A stretch of DNA of 55,323 bases, the filler included, from Catajapyx aquilonaris (taxonomy: Eukaryota), in NCBI GenBank assembly GCA_000934665.2. It is 3 parts of 3 records of this genome, joined end to end, with 100 filler letters (N's around TTAATTAATTAA, not from the genome) between each part and the next. Parts side by side here need not be neighbours in the genome. Positions count along the whole stretch, not along the records: positions 1 to 18,383 come from JYFJ02006714.1; positions 18,484 to 36,863 come from KZ539581.1; 1 more part is not named here. One strand, written 5' to 3'. Within the stretch, counting starts at the first letter, position 1. Each line of letters opens with the position of its first letter. The notes under the pieces were generated by a model, which had not been told where the DNA came from, made no database searches, and saw nothing but the letters and a program-made list of their open reading frames with translations. The translations under genes were made by a program, and so were the position numbers. This document shows positions 13,901-23,878 of this stretch, piece after piece.

Positions 13901-15329
13901 TTGGTTTGTCAGTCCACCGCGAATACTGCTGATGCAAGTACATTCCTGTTGTAATGTTGCTATGTTGTTACTACATCTGCAATGCATTGCCCGATATCAG
14001 AGTAATAATTCATGCAGAATCGCCTTGGATAGAGGTAAAAGGAAAACCTATATATAGGCCATCTCTTCACATTAAATTTTCTGGCTTTAATTGACGTCAG
14101 GCAAGCAGGTTCGACGAAATAAGCCCAAGGAGGTTGGCATAAAGACGTCGGGGTGACCTGTAATTCCATTCCACCAGGATCTTCGGCTGTGTAGATAAGA
14201 ACGGTCTATACTGCAACAGCTACAAGGAGCGACTTGGTTTTAGTTCCTGAATAGTTTTAACAGGACGGGGGAATATACTTACCATTTAGAATCATGTGGG
14301 AGGCACCTCTCTGTGTGACTAATCAAATCTACTTTTGATCAAATAATTTACTTCCCTCCTTGCGACACATTACAATGTGAAATATACTGTGGTGGCTGTC
14401 CCATATTATTCCACTCACAATGTTTCTCTCCTGTTTGGATTGTTACTTGCTTGCGTCATTGTTAGAAAGTGCCTTCTTTCAGCCAGAAGCGTCTGTTTCG
14501 CCCTAATGCACACATAACAATTAGTTGAACAAAGCTTGAATTATTTTGACCAGATATGTTTTGAGTATCAATTTTCCTTTGTTGCTAGAGCTGGAGTGAC
14601 TATTGATCGATTGAACAAAGAATGCATTATGGTCTCTGTACGACCACTTTATCCCACCTGGTACTTGAACCGCTGAGGGATCTGCATAAGTCTTACTCTC
14701 CTTCTTATTATACATGCAGTGCATATTATACACATGTGATGGTCGCCAGATTTTCTGGGATTACTGTAATTGCTAATCTTCGCCGACCGGTATTTCCCCA
14801 CGTCATCATGACTGTAGAACCCAGTAATGGTAGCAATATAGACACAGAACGTCAGTGTTAATATTATGTTTTGGAGTAATGTTGTACGATTCAAGATTCT
14901 AGAAGTTTGTTATCGACTGCTGAGGACTATACAGCTATAGAAATGTGGCGCCCTCTATCATAGTAGCATATTATGATTGTAGTACCGTACTGTACCCCGT
15001 TGCGTGGTTTAAAAGTGCTAATGTCCACGTTGGCAGATAATTCAAACTTCCTCGTATGGGTCTAGGAAATGTCCTGGTCGAAAGGACGAGGACGAGACAG
15101 TCTAATTGTATTCCTCTTAACCAAAGCATTTTCAAAAGCAGTGTTTTTATCGTATCACAATTATTGGCTCCTCAGATAAGGGTGTCACACAGTTTTTAAA
15201 TCTTTCTAATGCCAGTTTTTTTAAAAATGGCCTTGTCCTTTGAGTCCTCCTTCGTACCCTCCACGGCTCTCATCTGGTCACGTGTTGTTGTGCATTGGGC
15301 GGCTGGTAATAAGGTGCTCAGGATGTTGA

Positions 15330-15845
15330 ACGAACAGGTGTTTTGTGCTATTTGATCTGCTTGCAGTGGCGGCTTGTCCAGCTGCAACATCAGTACCTCT
15401 GGAGGGTGAAATGCTGTATCACTTTCTGCAGGCAGAGGAAGACGACTCAAGGCATCTGCATTAGCCAGCTTCTTGCCTGGGCGATGGACCAATGAGTCCC
15501 CGCCGACTGGAGTCTCTTGAGGATCTCAGGTAGGCACTGGTCATGTTTCTCTTGAACCTTCCCACCGACCAGGATGTCACGCTGACACCGTCCACGCCCA
15601 CCAGTAGAGTGTCCATGTATCGTTGAAATATGCTTGGCGCAGAAGCAATGCCAAATGGTAGGCGGTTTACTCTGAACAATCCTTTCTGCGTGTTCAGAGT
15701 TAGAATCTCCTTGGATGCCTTGTCCTGTTCCAGCTGAGTGTATGCCTCAGCCAGATCCAACTTTGAAAAAAATCACTGAACCTCCCAGGGTTGCCAAACT
15801 GTAGGAAGTGTGTAGTGATGCATCAAAATCGCCTTGTTGACTGTA
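15330..15845 (-). pseudogene. Ty3/Gypsy reverse transcriptase / RNase H relic
   Basis: FSKLDLAEAYTQL...NTQKGLFRVNRLPFGIASAPSIFQRYMD and VHRPGKKLANADALSRLP. The catalytic YxDD is removed by a small deletion (GVSV..DILVGG). Confidence 0.9.
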
Positions 15846-18383
15846 AGTCCGGGCCCTGAGCGCTAAAATCAGGCCTAACCTTGCACTTTGTGATAAAAAG
15901 GTGCCCCTTGGCACATATGTTCCTTAGGCCTACAGGAGCAATTCTGGAGTTGCAGGAAACTGATCGGCCCCTTAGGGTGCCTTAGGTCACGAGTTATGCG
16001 GTGTTGCCAACATGGCCGGGGATGACCTGAGCGTTTTTAATGTTGCATTTTGTGATAAGAAGGTACCGCTTGGCACATATTATGTTCCCTAGGTCTGTAG
16101 GAGTCGTTTGAGAGATGGCTTAAAGTCATTCTGATGGCACAAACAGACACTGGAACATTTCTTAGAACTCTACTTCAACTTCTCGAATGTTGTAAATAAG
16201 GAAACAAATAAACAAACAACTGTACTTTATACATTATACGTGTAACATACATTAACTCATATCCCATTGACAACGGCCACCGCACTGGCAAAGTTCTGTG
16301 CACGGCAAATTAGCTTTTTTACACTTGCACTCCACCATGCACAATTTCTTGCATCCGCATTTTATTATTATCATTTTATTATTATTTATCCGCATACTTT
16401 ATTATTTTACTGCTGGCGTTTGAAGCTGAAATTCTGGAGAGGGTACTGTTCCATGTAGCAGGACCATTGCAGAAAATACACTTTGCCTTATCAAAAGCAC
16501 CACTAGAACGTCGAGTTTTCACAGGTACAGGTGAATGCTTGCCTTCATCTGGATTATGTGACCTCCTTTTGACTCTGGCAAGTTGACTCTCAGAGCACCA
16601 CATCTTACAGCTGGGATGATACTTTGCTTTTTTCTCTATCAATGTTTCAAGTACGCCTGAACCGTCATCCAGTGCAGTCATATTAACCTTAAATGGCAAG
16701 GATGACAACTGCCTTATGTCTTGCAGTGCTGTCAAAACGGAGGCCAGCGACTTATAACCAACAAACTTGTTGGCTCTAGGGTTTTTGTCTGGATCTGTAA
16801 GTTTTTCGAGCGTATGATTTTGGCATAGGATACAGAGATCCCAATCCACCTGAAAGTCATTTTCCCACACAGCACGGGAAGTGCCAGTCACCACTTTAGT
16901 AGGCATTCTCTCATTGGAAATGCATATCCGATACCTACGGCAGGTTGCAGACAGTTCCTCAAAGTAGTAAGAAATTTAGCAACGTTCATAGAAACTCCAT
17001 AAAGAACACAAGTTACTTACTTTGGACAGTGCATTTGCTTGATATATTCTGCAGCTTACCACCAATATATTGAATGTGCACGGTCCAAACAAACTCTTAA
17101 CTGTTTTTTGGACGATTCATTTATTTGTTTGGAACGAGGTTCTCCCCCTCCCTCCAAATCCAAAGGACCTCATGCATTAAGCACTAAAAAGGATCCCAAA
17201 ATTGATTTCTTCGTGCTTCGGATATGTTGTTGGGGGTGGCGAGTAGGCCCCGTTTGCAACAGGAGCGGCCTCGATTGGCCGCGGTTAGGCTTGTAGGCCG
17301 GTCACGTGACCTAGCCTTTAAAAAATCACCACGCTCAAACGACTTTGATTTAAGAAATGATTTTTGGCATGGGGGTATATCTAGCCTAGTACTATCTAAC
17401 GCTACGATAGAATTCCATCTAGCTCGTCTCTGATTGGCCGAAATAGACAACGAGTGAAAAACAAGTGGCCTTTTTACCAATTTAAAGCTGGCCGCCCAAC
17501 ATGACGTATACCTTATTTGACAGCTCCAAATAAGTTTTACACCATATTAAAAAATCAGACAATTCTATCCGTGGACCGCTATATTTTATTTAGTAACAAC
17601 CAAACACCACCCTTATAATTCACACAAATGTACTACTACCCACCTTTTATACTACTTTGAGGCACTGTTGGAGTTCGTGAATCTAAAAATAACATGACGA
17701 AGGTTTTCGGTGAATATTATGCTATTCACGAGTCCTGGCCTGTTAGGCTCCTCCCCCGTCCTCTGCCCTCTGAAAGCGACGTTGCCACGTCCGCGTCCCC
17801 CATGGCCCCACACGCCTGCCAGGAGGATGGGGGAGAGCACTTGGCACTTCTTTTTCACTCGTTGTCTATTTCGGCCAATCAGAGACGAGCTAGATGGAAT
17901 TCTATCGTAGCGTTAGATAGTACTAGGCTAGATATACCCCCATGCCAAAAATCATTTCTTGAATCAAAGTCGTTTGGGCGTGGGGATTTTTTAAAGGCTA
18001 GGTCACGTGACCGGCCTACAAGCCTAACCGCGGCCAATTGAGGCCGCTCCTTTTGTACACGGGGCCTACTCGCCACCCCCAACAACATATCCGAAGCACG
18101 AAGAAATCAATTTTGGGATCCTTTTTAGTATGCTTAATGCATGAGGTCCTTTAGGTTTATACTTTATACCCGCCAAAAAGGATGAAAAATACCATTTTCG
18201 CTATATTCAGGGTGCTTTGTGGATAGGTGTCACCTCATTACCTTGTAATACTTAGGCAGAGGGGATCTGTATCATTCTATGCCATTTTAATGAGGTTTTA
18301 TCCGACATTTACGAGGTTTCCATGTTTTGAGCCTGACCAGGTTGGCAACACCACATAACTCCTGACCTAAGGTGCCGATCAAG
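15846..18383 (-). mobile_element. Internally deleted DNA transposon encoding N-terminal Cys/His clusters and a C-terminal CXC (tesmin/TSO1-like) motif
   Basis: Subterminal inverted repeats at ~15960-16015 and ~18337-18383. ORF 16382-16906 has DWDLCILCQ, KYHPSC and CIFC. An out-of-frame KCGCKKLCMVECKCKKANLPCTELCQCGGRC lies at ~16363-16252. The right end is cut by the scaffold break, and the superfamily is not assigned. Confidence 0.65.
17162..18152. mobile_element. ~1 kb foldback/MITE with ~305-bp TIRs
   Basis: 17162-17467 is the near-perfect reverse complement of 17845-18152 (AAAGGACCTCATGCATTAAGC...). No clean TSD. Confidence 0.85.
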
Positions 18384-18483
18384 NNNNNNNNNNNNNNNNN
18401 NNNNNNNNNNNNNNNNNNNNNNNNNNNTTAATTAATTAANNNNNNNNNNNNNNNNNNNNNNNNNNNNNNNNNNNNNNNNNNNN
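18384..18483. other. Artificial scaffold-joining spacer (N44-TTAATTAATTAA-N44)
   Basis: 100-bp N block with a central 12-mer that gives stops in all six frames. Confidence 0.9.
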
Positions 18484-18589
18484 ATACATCTACACTGGCC
18501 TTATCACTTGCTGACAGCAAGTCCTTAAAATACTCTCCCCATCGCCCTTTTGCCTCTCCTCCATCCCACAGCATGTCACCAGCATGTCA

Positions 18590-18901
18590 ATAATAATAAT
18601 AATAATAATTTGATACCCCATTATCAGCCTACGGGCCTTCCTAGGGGGGGATTTCTCCCAATTTTTTTGTCTGGAACTCTTCCATTTTTTACTATTTTTC
18701 TCATCTTCGGAATGAAGCAGGGAAAGGGAAGGAAGGAAGCGGCTGTGGCCTATATTACGGTAACGACCCCGGAATTATCCTGCAAGGACCATGGGAAACC
18801 ACAGAAAACCATGGTCAGGGTCGCTGGCCTCCGGGATTCGAACCCAGGACCTCCCGATTAGCAGTCGGATACCCTATCCACTCCACCACTACTGCTTCGG
18901 T
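18590..18901 (-). mobile_element. tRNA-derived SINE
   Basis: Minus-strand head has A box GTGGTGGAGTGG and B box GGTTCGAATCC. Core GGTTTTCTGTGGTTTCCC...GGCCACAGCCGCTTCCTTCC resembles the Deu/Nin-type SINE core. Ends in an (ATT)n tail. Confidence 0.75.
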
Positions 18902-20260
18902 ACTAGACATACAGTTTTGGCGACCATGCTATACATATCAGGTGCCACTGGCGACCTGCCTATGTATCCCAATTTCGAACACTGCTATAGTCACCTGTTC
19001 AAAATGACCCTGTGACCCATTTTTGAGGGGGCAGAGGTCAAATTCCGACCTCACTATTTCTTGAAATTCGGTACATTGACATATGCCCCTTTCTAATATG
19101 GGTCACGGTCATTTTGAGCAAGTAACTATAGGTGCGTTTTCATCCTTTGGGGCGGGATACCATTGCACCGAATTTCAAGAGAATCGGTAAGGTCATCCAA
19201 TTTCCGGAAAAGGGGAAAAAGAACTCCGGCCCTGGGGTAAGGCAATGGCTCAAAAACTTCGTCATGAAAGGGTTAACCCAGATATCCCAAGTGTCCCCTA
19301 TAGGGGACACCTGCACAGTTGTCGTTTTTTAACTTTATTGTCTAGGCTCTTCTGCTCTTGAGTTGGTAGTAGTCCAGAGTGCTTCAGTAGACTCTAGCCA
19401 ATGCATTCTGGATCATACTGGCTCAGTGTGACTTCAGCTTTCGAAGGGACAGCAGCTTGAAAATTGTACTGGGAAAAAATGGCTGCGCCTTTGCATCCCA
19501 AAGCTGATAGGTAATTAATTCTCGTACATTGATTAGTGTTATAAGTAATTATTGTTTGTAATACTTATAAAACATGAAAGATGACGTAGGTGTTAAAATA
19601 TAAGCATATTTTTTACTTCCCTTGTCTGAGGGTGGCGTTGAAACCGGGTGTCCCCTATGAGGTACACTCGGCAAATGCACCACATGTGGACTGGCAAGTC
19701 AAGTACCGGTACTCGAGGCTACTGTATGTGTGCGGATTTTGTGCGTTTTGTTGAACTGAATTTTAATGAATCCCTATTTTTAAAACGAGGGTTACCCAGC
19801 AACTGGGTTATACCATGAGAACCATGGTTGATATGGTAACCCATTGCCATGTACCCAATCAAACATACATGCATACAAACTTTGTCTTTTGTATACTGTG
19901 AAACCTGTGCATAGCAGAATAGCATGATGCCCTAAAAAAATTGTAATTGACAAGTTTCCGCTGAAAATTACGATTTTCCTATAGTCATCAACACCAAACG
20001 GGAAAGAGTGGAAGTGAACGCTGCAACGCCGCAAAGCATTTTGGGCAGAGGTGGCAGAGACTGGGGGAGAAACAAAAAGTGGTGCTGTTATTGTGGATTG
20101 CGCGCGAACCATTTAACAATGTAGCCGTTTCCGCTATATTCTACACGGTATTTATGTCCTCACCTATGCATGCGCCCGTTCCCGGAAAAAATTCCGCAAT
20201 GGACAAGTTTTTGTAACACTCAGGGTACGTTATGGACAGGTTTCACTACGTATTTATCTA

Positions 20261-20628
20261 CAGTGAATTCTGTCCATAACGGAAACTTGCCTATTGCGGA
20301 GTTTTTCTGGTAACGGGCATATGGAAAGTACACGATTTCTGCGTCGAATATAGCAGAAACTTGCTCATTACGGAAAATTTTATCATCCCGTGCATTTTCG
20401 CCATGCACAGGTTTCACTGAATATAGCTAGATGAGAAGTAAAACCTGTCCACAACGGACCTTGTGTATAACGGAAACTTGCCTATTGCAGAATTTTTCTG
20501 GTAACTGGTGTATGGAAAGTACAAGATTTCCCGGAAATTGTGTAATTTTCATACGCCAGTTACCAGAAAAATTCCGCAATAGGCAAGTTGCTGTTATACA
20601 CAGGGTCCATTATGGACAGGATTCACTG
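20261..20628. mobile_element. Tc1/mariner/pogo-type MITE
   Basis: TA|CAGTGAATTCTGTCCATAA...TTATGGACAGGATTCACTG|TA. Related fragments lie adjacent at ~20180-20250 and ~20680-20710. Confidence 0.7.
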
Positions 20629-20709
20629 TACGTACATTTATATACAGCAACACCTGTACATCTGAATAGTGCGTGACTAAGATTCCACAATGAACAAGTT
20701 TCCGTTATA

Positions 20710-22140
20710 CCCTCCTGAGACCCGAGAAGCCATTTGTGCAATTATTTAGTAATACTTTGAAAGAACCTTCTGTAGTGGAGGTGTAGAAGCCATTTTTCAG
20801 AATTTCATATTTTTGTTGCAATCACTTATTGCAAAATTAGACGTCCAATATACAGGATGTTTCAACTTTTTTGTCCGAACCGTTAATCGGAAAATTGGAC
20901 GTAGTTGCTACTGTGTAAGCAGTGACTTGAAAGCGGTGATTTTTCGGAGCAACTGGGACTATTCCCTGCAAATTGTAGGTTGAAGTGCCATACTTGCTGC
21001 CCACTGAAAATTGAGGGTCACACATGCCATGGGATGTGTCACCCTCTTTTTCCCCATTCCTCCGACAAATCACCAGTTGCAAGTTACTGCCTACAAGTAG
21101 CAGCTACATGCAATTTTCCGATATCTCTCTGGACAAAAAAGTTGAAACACCCTGTATAGGACATTGGGTCTTAGCTATAACATTCCTTCTCTATATTTTT
21201 CAATGAATTTTTTAAGAAAACTTTTATCTTTATTTCAATATATCCTCCTGAGACCTGGTGTCGACATATGTCGACATCAGCAAAAGATTTTTTTGGCGCC
21301 AACCAGTGATGCCAACAGAACTGTAATATGGTGGTTTCCCATGGTTACAATCTGGCCTCAATAGCTGTAGCCACCTAGCGTCGAATATCTGGCTTGGGCC
21401 GCGTAAATTAAATCGCGGACAAAATGGCGGATTCTGCTGCTGAAGCTAGGCGCTCATCTGATCAGTTTTATTTTTTTACTCATATTTAGAATGCGATTTT
21501 CGCAATGCAGTGAACGTCCTGGGATTCGCAAGGAATGTGTCTTAGGAACTGCGAAAAGATGATTCTGTGACAATCTTTGTTTCTGTAGAGAACTGGTCAT
21601 TTTCTTTTCTTCCTCAGACCAAATGTCCATTTAAATGGACATCCTAAAAATGGCATTTTTAGCTGAATGGGTGTGACTTTTCTTTACGTGCCTGTACCTA
21701 TACACCCATAAGGAAGTGGGCTTTTCACTATGGTGTTCAGTTTTGAAATCTAGAATAGCAAGGTACCACTTTAGCGGGTAAGAAGGGAAGGAGCAAGCCC
21801 CATGCCTGGAGTGGTGGCGTTAAAAAATGATTTCATTTATCTTTAATTGTCTTCTGAGAGGAATTGCTACCACGAATACCACAAATAAATTTTAAAAACA
21901 ATGTTTGGAGGATAGAGCACTATGTGAGTGATCCATTAAGTGGTATTTCAATTTTCAGCTTTCATCCGTTCTGCTTTTGTAGCACCAATTGGGTCCTAAT
22001 GTTCTCATTGGTTGTTTGTCGCCAATTTTGTCGATATTTTAAAACTAAAATTTTTTTCTCGTTTCTTATTGGGAACATGTTCAGAAAATGCAATAGGAAC
22101 TGACATTCCGTTAAAAAATTCTTCTCAGGTCTCAGGAGGA
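20710..22140. mobile_element. Non-autonomous TIR element
   Basis: TATA|CCCTCCTGAGACCCGAGAAG...CTTCTCAGGTCTCAGGAGGA|TATA, with an internal copy of the terminal motif at ~21243. Confidence 0.6.
20853..21154. mobile_element. Tc1/mariner-type MITE nested in the previous element
   Basis: TA|CAGGATGTTTCAACTTTTTTGTCC...GGACAAAAAAGTTGAAACACCCTG|TA. Confidence 0.85.
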
Positions 22141-22817
22141 TATAGCAGCCTATATCTTACCTTGTACAGTAGAGCCATACTAGAGGTTACATTTGCCGAG
22201 TGTCCCTTATAGGGGACGGCCCTTTTCTTACAATCTAGCATTCCATAAATTCTTATCATTTCTTTGTGTTTTGGGGACTATTATGAACTAATAGAAACAA
22301 ACAAAAAACAAAAAATCTTTCAGGCATATCTGGGTTAAGATGATTATAAGTAATGAAATAATCATACCTTCACTATACCATGATAGGTGTAGGTCGTGGA
22401 CTTGTGGCCCACCCTGTAGAATATCAGTTGGGAAAGTTAAAAATGCCCTAAGCACCATTGTTTTTAAACATCAGGTATTGTCTGCCTATATTCTGAGACT
22501 AATGCAGCCCAGCATGTGTACAATTGAAATTGGCTGATGTTACAGTTTGCATTGGGTGTTTGCCAAATGAAATATGGTCTTGCATCCTACAAGGTAGAAA
22601 CCAGGGTTGGCAATAATCAATGATTATTTTAAAATAATCAAATAATCGGATTATTTTGATTATAATCAGATTATTTTGATAATAATGTTATTTGTAGTAC
22701 AGCACTTTATTTCATTTTCCTGATGAAAACCCCACCTGCTATTTGAAGAAAATCAAGAAATGTATGTCAATATTGTCAAACATGTTACATTCCAAGGAAA
22801 GTGCATTATACAATATA

Positions 22818-23380
22818 CAGTCAATCCTCGTTTAACACGGATTCCGCTTACTTGGGAGCGACTAGCCGACTACACTATTCAGTAGTGTACCTGTGTACAT
22901 ACCTGTAAGTCTGTAACCAGGGATAGAAAAAGAACCGCTTCCTTCCAAGAAGCGCTTCTTTTTTCCATGTGCAGGGATGGAAAAAGAACCGCTTCCTCCC
23001 AAAGAAGCAGTTCTTTTTCCATCCCTGTCTGTAACACTTACAGTATTATTGTACGCTACTGTATCTGTATTACGCAGAAAGCAGTGCCTGATGTACTACC
23101 TCCGTGGCTCTGTCATGTTCTCATGTACTGATTATGATAATTAAACTGTATTTTACTACATATACAATAAGTCAAGAGTCAAGAGTTTTAAGTTTTAACT
23201 TTTTGACTGGTGAGTTTGTGCTTATTGGTAGGATAAATGTATGACGAACCTGGTCCCCCAGGAACCTATCCCCCTATTTCCCAATTCCCATAAGATTAAA
23301 TGATTACTGTAATAATGTTTCACTTTACACGAAGTCACGAACCTATCCGGCTATCCCCGATGTTAAACGAGGATTGACTG
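22818..23380. mobile_element. pogo/Tigger-type MITE nested in the hAT MITE
   Basis: TA|CAGTCAATCCTCGTTTAACA...TGTTAAACGAGGATTGACTG|TA. Confidence 0.9.
22918..23027. mobile_element. 110-bp hAT-type mini-element (third nesting level)
   Basis: CAGGGAT...ATCCCTG termini with 8-bp TSD TCTGTAAC. The body is two tandem ~55-bp hairpin units. Confidence 0.85.
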
Positions 23381-23878
23381 TACATGGTTCTATGGTTCTA
23401 TGGTAGGATATTTTTTTAGCCTTTTAACATTGTTATTGTTGTTGTTGTTTTTATTTTATTGTTATTATTGTTATTATTATTGTTATTATTAGTGATTATA
23501 ATCAAGATTTTTCATTATTAATCAGTTGATTATAATCATGCCAACCCTGGTAGAAACCACCCACATCAATCACTTAAAAACATTGGGGGAAAAAAATTGC
23601 AGTGTGTTACTGCTTGTGCGGCAGTAAAACCTGTTCATGGGTGCAAATTAATTTATTTGTGATTATTATGGAGGGAAGTTGAGGAATTGTGAAAATAAGC
23701 CAAATTTCTGCAGGCCAGCAGGCTCCCCTCAGGTGTACAGGCCCCTTGGTTGATCTAATTTGGTACTGTCATGCTGCAGAATAAAGTGTGCTGGATTACC
23801 CTGTCTTAATGCACTGGTTGTAACTAGATAAATTTCCTTTCGAAATTTATTTTAGGAGCAACGTGAGACTGAGGAATT

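Larger units (their letters stand above)
1..14930. repeat. Degenerate tandem array of a ~5 kb chimeric unit (about 3 copies)
   Basis: The same blocks recur in the same order and orientation (boundaries approximate). Block 1-208 recurs at 4662-4849, 8370-8530 and 12915-13200. Block 1194-2006 recurs at 8790-9740 and 13833-14750. Block 2410-2830 recurs at 10990-11413, block 3036-3305 at 11418-11670, block 3680-4450 at 11935-12725 (partly also 7330-8367), and block 8540-8750 at 13529-13737. Confidence 0.9.
22602..23549. mobile_element. hAT-type MITE
   Basis: TIR CAGGGTTGGCA / TGCCAACCCTG with an exact 8-bp TSD GTAGAAAC. Confidence 0.9.

Noticed and set aside
17184..18088. Mirror-image ORF pairs of 69-115 aa
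   Set aside because: By-products of the long inverted repeat, with no protein motifs.
18428..18439. TTAATTAATTAA as a biological motif (also 36908-36919)
   Set aside because: Centred in N blocks and identical in both, so it is an assembly linker.
18830..18901. tRNA-like A/B boxes here and at ~38230-38300 and ~52350-52440
   Set aside because: No convincing cloverleaf. They continue into SINE body or tail sequence, so they were called SINE heads rather than tRNA genes.
19260..19700. GGGTTAACCC junction suggesting back-to-back piggyBac ends
   Set aside because: No matching partner TIR or TSD was found, so it could not be delimited.
21421..21432. AAAATGGCGG (YY1-like) motif as the NSD promoter
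   Set aside because: It lies inside a TIR element and a single motif is not enough evidence without TSS data.
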